Assembly (NCBI GenBank): GCA_017530505.1
Contig: JAFXMI010000044.1
Coordinates: 1-59,907, forward strand
Source: Clostridia bacterium
GTDB taxonomy: Bacteria > Bacillota > Clostridia > TANB77 > CAG-508
Direction of reading: 5' to 3'
Length of the DNA stretch: 59,907 bases
This document shows positions 1-9,778 of this stretch, piece after piece (positions within the stretch are counted from its first letter, which is position 1; each line of letters opens with the position of its first letter). Below the pieces are notes generated by a model. That model saw only the letters and a program-made list of their open reading frames with translations. It had not been told where the DNA came from and searched no databases. The translations under genes and the position numbers were made by a program.

Positions 1-267
1 GCACCAGCCCAAGAAGCACCATGGGATGAGGAAGAAGAAGAGGCACCAGCTCAAGAAGCTCCATGGGATGAGGAAGAAGAAGAAGAGGCACCAGCACCAA
101 AAGCTCCATGGGATGATGAAGAAGAAGAAGAGGCACCAGCACCAAAAACTCCATGGGATGAAGAAGAAGAAGAAGAGGCACCAGCACCAAAAGCTCCATG
201 GGATGATGAAGAAGAAGAAGAGGTACCAGCACCAGAAGCTCCATGGGAAGACGAGGCTGAAGATGGA
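1..267 (+). repeat. in-frame tandem repeat of 42-45 nt units (six copies, the last degenerate) encoding APA(Q/P)(E/K)APWD(E/D)EEEE(E)
   Basis: Units start at 1, 43, 88, 133, 178 and 223. They are near-identical GCACCAGC..CCATGGGATGA.GAAGAAGAAGAAGAG strings. Confidence 0.9.
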
Positions 268-851
268 GAAAAAGTTTTAAAAGATGATATGGTATTCTTA
301 AGCCAAGATTTGTTTGCCTATGATGGATCACCTAAAATACCAACAGTTACTGTAATGGACGGGGATAAAAAATTAAAAAGAGGGATAGATTATACGATTT
401 TACTTAAAGATAATGTTCATATAGGAACTGCAAGAGCAGAAATAACAGGTATAGGAAATTATAAAGGACAAGTAATAAAATATTTTACAATTGAGGAAAT
501 TTATCCAGTTATATTAGAAAAATACAAGACAACTGTTGTTGAGGATAGATTCTGTATAAGAGAGATTTTGCCAAAAACAAAAATCAAGATTTTTAAAGGA
601 AAAATCAAAATAAATGGAAAAATAGAGTTTTATAAAAATGGAGAAACGATAGAAGATGAAAATACTAATATTGGTATAGGACAATTATAAAAATTATAAT
701 AGATGATGTTGAGAAAGAATACACAGCAATCGTTAAAGGAGATGTAAATGGAGACGGAGATGTTAATATAATTGATGTATTAAAAAAAACAGTAAGATTA
801 GGTACTACTAAAATATTACAAAAAAGTTACAAAGGTTACTTAAAAAAGTAA
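1..851 (+). pseudogene. cell-surface protein, 5' end outside the window: acidic tandem repeats, a YDG...GNYKG Ig/MBG-like module, and a dockerin-like tail in a different frame
   Basis: Frame 1 is open from base 1 to TAA 688-690; track ORF 289..690 is its tail. Frame 3 (669..851) continues the sense with IKIIIDDVEKEYTAIVKGDVNGDGDVNIIDVLKK, which contains a DxNxDGxxxxxD dockerin/EF-hand loop. Joining the two frames needs one extra base in the A/T stretch 685-692. This is not a CGG site. Confidence 0.5.
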
Positions 852-945
852 ATTCCACAATTGAAGAATAATTGATAGTATGAGAGAAAGTTCTATTTTC
901 AAGGGCTTTCTTTTGTTTGAGACTTTAAATTTTGTTAAAAATGTG

Positions 946-1155
946 CTATAATTTTCTTAGATTAAAGAAAAAAAGTGCATGACAAACACACGACTGCAAT
1001 TTTTTGTCTTTGATTAAATTCCACTCTTGTCTAAAAGAAAATTCAGTGCTGTTATCAGTTAAAATAACAGGGAAAGTTTTTTGAAATAATTCAGTGCCAA
1101 GTTCTTGTTCAATAATATTTCTTTAGTCTAAAGTTAAATGTAAATTGTTACTCAT
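946..1155 (-). mobile_element. degenerate IS30-family transposase remnant, internally deleted and frame-broken
   Basis: On the minus strand a GGAGGT (1166..1161) precedes ATG 1155..1153, giving MSNNLHLTLD followed by a stop. The next frame reads RNIIEQELGTELFQKTFPVILTDNSTEFS. This is the IS30 N-terminal HLTLxxRxxIE helix fused directly to the DDE-core TxDNGxEF block. No intact ORF remains. Confidence 0.5.
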
Positions 1156-1488
1156 AGTAAACCTCCAAAACTTATCAAAGAAGCCATATAACAATATTCT
1201 AACATGAATTAAGAAAAAATGATAATTTGCAAATAATGCTTAAGCCAAACAAAATTATATCATTTTAGAATTGTCAATAGTTTTCTCGGCATAAAAGAGC
1301 TAAAGCTCATTTATTACAATTACCTATTTACAATTCTTTTAAATACGGTTCTAATAAAGAGTTTTAGGAATAAAACAAAAAGGAAAAATCAAAACAAAAT
1401 TCCACTCATTTAAAAAGTGGAATTTAAAAATAAAATTAAGGTAAAATACAAAAAAATGTTATAAATTTGTTGATAAAATAATACATAA

Positions 1489-3561
1489 ATGATAAAATTA
1501 AAGAAAAATAATGGGGTGATACTTATGATAGATCTTAAATTTACAGATGAAGATATTGAAATGATAAAAAAATATAAAATTAAAAAGTATTCTGCAATTA
1601 ACCAATTACTTATATCAAATAGTTTAATAGATTTAAATATTTTAATGTCTTGTGATAAAGATAGTGAAGAGTATCGCTTTTATACAAAAGATGTAATTAA
1701 AGAAAATATAGAATTAATTATAAAACTTTATGAAATAATGTTAAAATCATATTATAAAAAAGAAAATAAAGATACATGGTTATTATCTTATTCAACTACT
1801 GTTCCTGAAATAGAGAGATTAAAAAATGAAATATATATTGATAATTTTTTAATTACAACGTCTAGAAAAGAAAAAATTAAAAATCAAAGTTTAGAAGAAA
1901 TGCCAGCTCTTCTTAATATTATAGGAGATGGATGTATTCCAATACTAAATATTGATGAAGCTTTAGGATTAGAAACTAAGGAACCTGAAATTCTTATTAG
2001 TCCTTTTACTAAAATAAAGGAGTTTAAGGAAAATGAACAAATTGCTTTAGAAGATGAAAAAATTTTAAGAATTTATACAGTAATACTTGAAAAACAAGAT
2101 TTACAGGAAATTACAGAAGAAGAAAGAAAATCAATATACAATTATATTATTTCTTCAACTGAAGTAGTGGATCAAAAATTAAAAGAGGCAGTTGAAAATG
2201 AAAAAGATAAAATTGAAATAAATGAAGAAATTAGAAAATTAGAAGTATTATTAAAAAAATATGAGCAAGATGTAGCAAAAAAAATTCAATTAAAGGATTA
2301 TTTAGAATCAGAAAAAAATGCAGATTCAAATGACATTAAAAGAATTAAGGATAATATTAATAGTTTAGAAGATAAAAGTTTAAACATATTTGAAGAAAAA
2401 AAATTGTCAATGGATTTTATTACAAAATGGAAAAAAAATATTAGTGTATATATAATGGCTGAATTTAGGGAACTTGAAATCAAATATGAAGAAGAAGCCA
2501 AGGCACAAGATTTAAAAGAAAATAAAAAAATGAAAAAACTTGAAGAAAATGCAATAATAAAACAGGTAGAATTAGAAAAAGAATCTGTAGAAAATATTGC
2601 TAAGGCTGTTAACAAAGAGTGCGATGAAAATATTATTATAACAGAAAGATTAATTAATGATATTCAAAAACTAATTATTAAACAACAAAATCATGCTAAA
2701 ATTGCTGAAAATATTGGTGCAAAATATTGTGCTTTAAATAATGGATTTGAATCGAAAAAGAAAGCAGAGCTTTTGCTAGAAAAGGTCAAATATATTAAAG
2801 ACAAAGCTAGAGAAGTCTGTGAAAATATTAATAAAAGTTTACTATCAGAAAAATTACTTGAAATATCTAAAGTAAATTTACAAATAAATGTATTATTAAA
2901 TTATTTGAATAATCCAAAAAGCAATATAGGACAATCTAAAATTACAAGATTTGAGGAAATGTCTATTATAGAAGAAAACGAATTAAAGAGAGCAATTGCT
3001 AGCAAAATATTAAGTATACGTGGAGAAGCTGAGCTAAAAAAATTAAAAGATGACTTAGAAATTTTAGAACAAAAAGGTGCTTTTAAACGTTTAATTGGAT
3101 TTTTTACAGGTTCAAATAAATTAGATGTAGTTAAAGAAGAGCAAATTGAAATTAGGCAAAAAGCAATTAGAAAAACTTTATCTCAAAAAATGAGTTTAGT
3201 TTATAATTATAGTATACATGAACTAGTTGCTGAAATTGAAATGTTTTTAAATGATAATGAAGATGATGAACTAGTTGAAACAGATTATTATATTTTAAAA
3301 AACATGGAAGATGAACTTCGTAGAAACTTTATTATTTCAGATAGTAAGGTAAACGAAATAATTGAAGCAAAAGAAAAGAAAAATTTACCAGTTGAGGTAA
3401 AAAAGATTTCAAAAAGAGAGCTTATTGAAATTGAAACTTATAGATTTTTGAATAAATATGGGTATGATATAAGAAATGATGATGAAGAACCAGAATATAA
3501 AGATACCTGTCAGGACGAAATTTCAAATATAATTGATTATATTAATAATTCAAATATTTAA
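1489..3561 (+). CDS. hypothetical Lys/Glu-rich coiled-coil protein with a possible N-terminal ADP-ribosyltransferase-like domain
   Basis: 690-aa track ORF. The likelier start is ATG 1525, after GGGGTGA. The N-terminal ~170 aa carry KYSAINQLL, YRFY, SYSTTV and EPEILISP in the order and spacing of R-S-ExE ADP-ribosyltransferases. The remainder is heptad-like and charged. Confidence 0.7.
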   Translation: MIKLKKNNGVILMIDLKFTDEDIEMIKKYKIKKYSAINQLLISNSLIDLNILMSCDKDSEEYRFYTKDVIKENIELIIKLYEIMLKSYYKKENKDTWLLSYSTTVPEIERLKNEIYIDNFLITTSRKEKIKNQSLEEMPALLNIIGDGCIPILNIDEALGLETKEPEILISPFTKIKEFKENEQIALEDEKILRIYTVILEKQDLQEITEEERKSIYNYIISSTEVVDQKLKEAVENEKDKIEINEEIRKLEVLLKKYEQDVAKKIQLKDYLESEKNADSNDIKRIKDNINSLEDKSLNIFEEKKLSMDFITKWKKNISVYIMAEFRELEIKYEEEAKAQDLKENKKMKKLEENAIIKQVELEKESVENIAKAVNKECDENIIITERLINDIQKLIIKQQNHAKIAENIGAKYCALNNGFESKKKAELLLEKVKYIKDKAREVCENINKSLLSEKLLEISKVNLQINVLLNYLNNPKSNIGQSKITRFEEMSIIEENELKRAIASKILSIRGEAELKKLKDDLEILEQKGAFKRLIGFFTGSNKLDVVKEEQIEIRQKAIRKTLSQKMSLVYNYSIHELVAEIEMFLNDNEDDELVETDYYILKNMEDELRRNFIISDSKVNEIIEAKEKKNLPVEVKKISKRELIEIETYRFLNKYGYDIRNDDEEPEYKDTCQDEISNIIDYINNSNI

Positions 3562-3592
3562 CTTAAATTATTATTAGGAGATGTTAACTAAT

Positions 3593-4591
3593 ATGGAAAG
3601 TAAAAAGATTATTTTAAGCGGAATTCAGGCTACGGGAAATTTAACTTTAGGGAATTACTTGGGAGCGTTAAATAACTGGACTCAAATGCAAGATAAATAC
3701 GACTGTTATTATATGATAGCTGATTTACATACTCTTACAGTAAGACGCAATCCAGAGGAATTGAGAAAAAATACTCTATCTCTTATTGCTTTATATATTG
3801 CAGCAGGACTAGATCCAAAGAAAAATACTATTTTTATACAATCACATGTACCAGCCCATTCTCAATTATCATGGATTTTAAATTGCTATACATATATGGG
3901 AGAACTTAGTAGAATGACCCAGTATAAGGATAAAGCAACTAAACATCCCGATAATCTAAATAGTGGATTATTTAATTATCCTGTTTTAATGGCTTCAGAT
4001 ATTTTACTTTATAATGCTGATTTAGTTCCAGTTGGAGAAGATCAAAGACAACATCTTGAAATAACTAGAGATATAGCTGAAAGATTTAATTCTATATATG
4101 GGGAAACTTTTAAAATTCCAAAAGCATATGTTGGAAAAGATGGGGCTAGAATAATGGGACTTCAAGATCCAACAAGTAAGATGAGTAAAAGTGCTGAAAA
4201 TGAATTAGATAAAGTTTTACTTACAGATACACCTGAATTAATAATAAAAAAGTTTAAGAAAGCTATTACAGATTCTGAAAATAAGGTAAAATATGATAAA
4301 GAGAATAAACCAGGAATTAGTAATTTAATGGTAATTTATGGAGTTATTAAAAATAAATCTATGGATGAAATTGAAAAAGAATTTGATGGAGTTGGCTATG
4401 GAGATTTCAAAAAGACAGTTGGAGAAGCTGTTGTAGAAAGGCTTATACCAATGCAAGAAAGATATAATGAATTAATAAATGAGCCAGAAAAATTAAAGGC
4501 AATTTATCAACAAGGTGATAAAAGAGCAATAGTAAAAACAGCAGATTTATTAAAAGAAGTTTATAGAAAAGTTGGATTAGTCGTAGATTAA
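3593..4591 (+). CDS. trpS: tryptophan--tRNA ligase
   Basis: Class I synthetase signatures are present: the GNYLGA region and KMSKS. The length and the end-to-end sequence pattern are typical of TrpRS. ATG 3593 is preferred over 3581, which directly abuts the AGGAG. Confidence 0.9.
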   Translation: MESKKIILSGIQATGNLTLGNYLGALNNWTQMQDKYDCYYMIADLHTLTVRRNPEELRKNTLSLIALYIAAGLDPKKNTIFIQSHVPAHSQLSWILNCYTYMGELSRMTQYKDKATKHPDNLNSGLFNYPVLMASDILLYNADLVPVGEDQRQHLEITRDIAERFNSIYGETFKIPKAYVGKDGARIMGLQDPTSKMSKSAENELDKVLLTDTPELIIKKFKKAITDSENKVKYDKENKPGISNLMVIYGVIKNKSMDEIEKEFDGVGYGDFKKTVGEAVVERLIPMQERYNELINEPEKLKAIYQQGDKRAIVKTADLLKEVYRKVGLVVD

Positions 4592-4658
4592 GTTACTTCC
4601 TTTTTAAATACATAAATTCAATATATAATAGATTTCTTTATTATATAATATAAATTAG

Positions 4659-5952
<1,294 letters not shown>

Positions 5953-6045
5953 TATTTTTAAATAATTAAGTTTTATTATGGTGAGTACTTTTCTACCGAT
6001 TTTACACAGAATTTTTGTAAAAAAATTATACTTTAACAAAATTAC

Positions 6046-6085
6046 GGAAGGCTTTGTTTTATTTAGTAGCCTTCCAATTTTTTGT
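6046..6085. terminator. bidirectional rho-independent terminator between the convergent obg and glmS genes
   Basis: GGAAGGCT (6046-6053) pairs with AGCCTTCC (6068-6075). The hairpin is followed by a T-run on the + strand and preceded by an A-run (a T-run on the minus strand). Confidence 0.7.
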
Positions 6086-6126
6086 TTTTTATAATAAATT
6101 TTAATTTAGAAATTATTTATTAAAAG

Positions 6127-7969
6127 CTATTCAACTGTAACAGATTTTGCAAGATTTCTAGGTTTATCTACATCAAGTCCTTTTTCCTTAGAAATATAAT
6201 ATGCAAAAAGTTGAAGTGGTATAATTGAAATAACAGGTGAAAGGAATTCACTAATTTTAGGAATTTTAATAATATTATCATAATTTTTATCTGCCAAATC
6301 TTGATTTGTTATTATAAGTGTTTTAGCACCGCGAGATACTACTTCTTGAATATTACTAACCATTTTTTCAACTAAATGTGGTACAGTTAAAATAGAAACA
6401 ACTGTAATTCCATTTTCTATTAAAGAAATTGGTCCATGTTTTAATTCACCAGCTGCATAAGCTTCTGAGTGAATATAAGAAATTTCTTTTAATTTTAAAG
6501 AAGCCTCTTGACAAGAAGCATAATCAATTCCTCTTCCTAAGAAGAAAACATCTTTTTCCTTGTATATATTATTAGCAAATTTTTTAACCTTTTGGGAAAG
6601 TTTTAATGTTTCTTCAACTTTAATAGGTAATTCTAATAAATCTTTTTTTAATATATCAACTATATTTAGATTTTTTCCAATCTGCTGAGCAAAATACATA
6701 CAGATTATTGAAAAAAGAGTAATTTGACATGTATATGCTTTTGTGGAAGCTACAGCAATTTCTGGCCCTGCATGAGTATAAACTGTATAATCTGCTTCAC
6801 GAGTAATAGAACTTCCAACAACGTTAGCGATAGCTATTGTTTTTGCGCCTTTTTTCTTTGCAATTTTTAAGGCTGCAATGGTATCTGCTGTTTCTCCAGA
6901 TTGAGTAATAAAAAAACAAAGTGTATTTTCATTAATAATTGGGTTTTTGTATCTAAATTCTGATGCAATTTCAACTTCAGTAGGTATTTCGCAAATTTGT
7001 TCAAACATTACTCTAGCAGAAAGCCCTGCAAACATAGCTGTACCACAGGCTACTATATTAATTTTATTTATTGATTTTAAGAATTCTTTTGAAAAATTTT
7101 CTAATCCAGGAATTGAAATAGCTCCAGTTTCTGGAATTAATGAGCCTATAGTTTCCCTTATAGCTTTTGGCTGTTCGTAAATTTCTTTAAGCATGAAATC
7201 TTCGTAACCATTTTTTTCAGCGCTAGAAGCAGACCAATCAATATTTCTTTTTTTCTTGTTAATTTTATTTAAATTAATATCGTAAAAATCAATACTATCT
7301 TTTTTAATATATGCAAATTCTAAATCGTTTAAAATATAAAAGTCTTTTGTAAACGAAAGGATTGCAGGTATATCTGAACTAATATAGTTTTCATCTTGAC
7401 AAGTTCCGTATTACAAGAGGGCTATCTTTTCTAACAACTATTATACTATTAGGGTCAAAATTTGATATTATTTCTAAGGAAAAACTTCCTTTAAAATCTT
7501 TACAAGCTGAGGTAACAGCTCTTAATACTCTAAGTTCATCATTACTGTTATCTTGAGAATAATAATAATGAATTAAGTTAGGGATAACTTCTGTATCTGT
7601 TTCTGATATGAAATTATATCCTTTATCTTTTAAATCTTTTTTTAGTTCTGCATAATTTTCAATAATTCCATTATGAACTACAGCAAACGTATTTGAGTTA
7701 TCCATATGAGGATGAGCATTTTCTTTAGATGGTTTGCCGTGTGTTGCCCAACGTGTATGAGCAATTCCTATTGTTCCTTCTAGAGAATCAATTCCTTCGG
7801 TTTTTTCAAGGTTAGCAACACGACCTTTATTTTTTATATTTTTAATACCGTTTTTCTCTATTGTAGCTATTCCAGCAGAATCATATCCACGGTATTCAAG
7901 TCTTAAAAGACCATTAATAAGAATAGGTCTAGCTTTTCTAGAGCCTATATATCCAACTATTCCACACAT
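6127..7969 (-). CDS. glmS: glutamine--fructose-6-phosphate aminotransferase; intact only with a +1 shift at in-frame CGG (7408..7406 on the minus strand)
   Basis: Track ORF 7391..7969 starts MCGIVGY (Ntn amidotransferase domain). Track ORF 6127..7194 is the tandem SIS domain ending ..KSVTVE. The minus-strand junction is GTA-ATA-CGG-AAC. Skipping the C gives PLVIGTCQDENYISSDIPAIL, and that frame stays open down to 7194. Confidence 0.85.
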
Positions 7970-8007
7970 AAATTTTGTATTTCTCCTTTAAAAAATAAAA
8001 ATATGTA

Positions 8008-8165
8008 GGTTAGTAAGCAAGATGATAATTATCTCTGTTTTAGTATTACTACCAGTTTTTAATAATATCTTATATGATGCTTGCTACACCATGAAACCAT
8101 CCGCCGAGTATTTCGATAAGTTTCTCCTCGTCAACCAAATAATAATTTATATTGGTCCAGGCGCT
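8008..8165 (-). ncRNA. glmS ribozyme in the 5' leader of glmS
   Basis: The minus strand reads A/GCGCC-TGGACCAA..TTGGT-TGACGAGGAG-AAACTTATCGAAATACTCGGCGGATG-GTTTC.., which matches the conserved glmS ribozyme core (AGCGCC, GACGAGGAG, UAUCGA..UUCGGCGGAUG). A peripheral GTAGCAAG/CTTGCTTAC helix follows. The element lies directly upstream of glmS. Confidence 0.85.
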
Positions 8166-8297
8166 AAATAAACCTCCTAACTCATATTTTTCCCAACCTT
8201 ACATTTATACTATAATATATGACTTTTGTGTCCATTGTGTGAATTTTCTTTATTTTTTTATAAACTACTTATGTTGAAAAATAAGGAATTTTAAAAA

Positions 8298-8337
8298 AAA
8301 TGTTAACCTTGACTAACATTTTTAGCTATGATATAAT
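8298..8337 (+). promoter_or_regulatory. sigma-A type promoter with an operator-like palindrome over the -35 element
   Basis: TTGACT (8309-8314), a 17-nt spacer, then TATAAT (8332-8337). The perfect inverted repeat AAATGTTA-N8-TAACATTT (8298-8321) spans the -35 element. Confidence 0.6.
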
Positions 8338-8360
8338 TTTAGCTGTAAATATTTTATAGG

Positions 8361-8411
8361 AAGGAGTGTATAATTAAAAACTAATAATTTTTAATTATAC
8401 ATAATAAAATG
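8361..8411 (+). promoter_or_regulatory. Shine-Dalgarno / 33-nt hairpin / start codon arrangement in the regulator leader
   Basis: AAGGAG sits at 8361-8366. A perfect 13-bp stem GTATAATTAAAAA/TTTTTAATTATAC spans 8368-8380 and 8388-8400. The ATG is at 8409. There is no SD within 15 nt of the ATG unless the hairpin is formed. Confidence 0.45.
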
Positions 8412-8862
8412 ATTTCTAAATCACAAGAGGAATACTTAAAAACTATATATATTTTAATAAAACAAAATGGAACTGTTAGAGTTACAGATATTGCTAATAA
8501 AATGAAATGTACTAAATCTAGTGTTAATAAAGCTTTAAATAATTTGAAAAAAAATGGGCTTTTAAACTATGAATCGTATGGAACAATTGAAATAACAGAA
8601 GAGCGGTAAGTTCTTAGCAAAAAAAATCATTGAGGTCTATGATATTGTTTATTTGTTTTTAAAAGATGTTTTAGCAATAGAAGAACTTGAAGCCAAAAGT
8701 GAAGCAGAAAAAATAAAATCTGTATTAAATGATAATACTATAAATGGTTTAGTTAAACATGTACATAAAGTTTTAGATTTAGATAGTTTAGATTGTGATT
8801 ATGATATTAATAAAGAAAAATGTAGAAAATGCTTAAGAAGAACAAACGTAAAAAAAATATAA
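8409..8862 (+). CDS. DtxR/MntR-family metal-dependent regulator; full length only with a +1 shift at CGG 8604-8606 (followed at once by TAA)
   Basis: Track ORF 8409..8609 is the wHTH domain (SQEEYLKTIY..). The frame +1 from 8605 reads GKFLAKKIIEVYDIVYLFLKDVL.., which is the dimerisation/metal domain and joins track ORF 8653..8862. The +1 frame opens only at 8596. Confidence 0.75.
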
Positions 8863-8933
8863 ATTTTTTTATACCAAGTTTTGCTGAGTATAATTTATAA
8901 TAATTAAACTATAAAAAATGGAGAGTGAATAAA

Positions 8934-9677
8934 ATGGATAATGTATTGTTAAAAATTGAAGATTTATTTGTAAACGCTGGAGATAGAGAGATACTAAAAG
9001 GAATTAATTTAAAAATAAATAAAGGCGAAACTCATGTAATTATGGGGCCTAATGGTTCTGGAAAAACAACTACAGCTAATGCTATTTTAAACAATCCTGA
9101 ATATAAAAAACAAGATGGTAAAATAGAATTTGAGGGAAAAGATATCACAAATTTAGGGACAGATGAAATAGCTAGAAGAGGTATTTTTATGTCTTTTCAA
9201 ATTCCAGAAGAAATTCCTGGAATATCTGTAACTAATTTTTTAAAAACTGCTAAACAGCAAGTAACTGGAAAGCCAATAAAAATGTTTGAATTTAAAGAAG
9301 AATTAAAATACAATATGGACGGCTTAAATATGAGTTCAAAAAATATTGATAGAAGTTTAAATGTTGGTTTTTCTGGTGGAGAAAAGAAGAAAAATGAAAT
9401 TTTACAAATGTTAGTATTAAATCCTAAACTTGCTATTTTAGACGAAACAGATTCTGGACTTGATGTTGATGCAATAAAAACAGTTTCAAAAGGAATACAA
9501 ATGTTTAAAGATGAAGATAATGCAGTGTTAATTATTACTCATAATGCAAAAATTTTAGCTGATTTAAAAGTAGATTTTGTTCATATTTTAGTTGATGGAA
9601 AAATCATAAAAACAGGTGGAGAAGAATTGATAAAAGAAATTGAAGAAAATGGATATGCAAATTACAAGAATAATTAA
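8934..9677 (+). CDS. sufC: Fe-S cluster assembly ATPase SufC
   Basis: Walker A GPNGSGKTT, ABC signature FSGGEKKK and Walker B LAILDE are present. The gene lies in a suf cluster. ATG 8934 is 8 nt after GGAGAG. Confidence 0.9.
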   Translation: MDNVLLKIEDLFVNAGDREILKGINLKINKGETHVIMGPNGSGKTTTANAILNNPEYKKQDGKIEFEGKDITNLGTDEIARRGIFMSFQIPEEIPGISVTNFLKTAKQQVTGKPIKMFEFKEELKYNMDGLNMSSKNIDRSLNVGFSGGEKKKNEILQMLVLNPKLAILDETDSGLDVDAIKTVSKGIQMFKDEDNAVLIITHNAKILADLKVDFVHILVDGKIIKTGGEELIKEIEENGYANYKNN

Positions 9678-9778
9678 TTATATTATATTTTATTTAATAA
9701 AAATTTAGAGTTAAAAACATAATTAAGAAAGATAATGACAGCTAATATTATAATCTAATAGTAAGGATGTGATAAAAA

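Noticed and set aside
26-280. Track ORF encoding a Lys/His-rich repeat protein (MRKKKRHQ...)
   Set aside because: It is the wrong frame of the tandem repeat. Frame 1 is open from base 1, gives the acidic APAPKAPWDEEEEE units, and runs continuously into the 289..690 ORF.
3562-3592. T-box, S-box or L-box leaders upstream of trpS, metK (25590-25610), dapA (26755-26832) and lysS (50008-50106)
   Set aside because: The intergenic spaces are too short or are occupied by the MITE-like element. No specifier-loop/T-box 14-mer or SAM/lysine riboswitch core sequences were seen.
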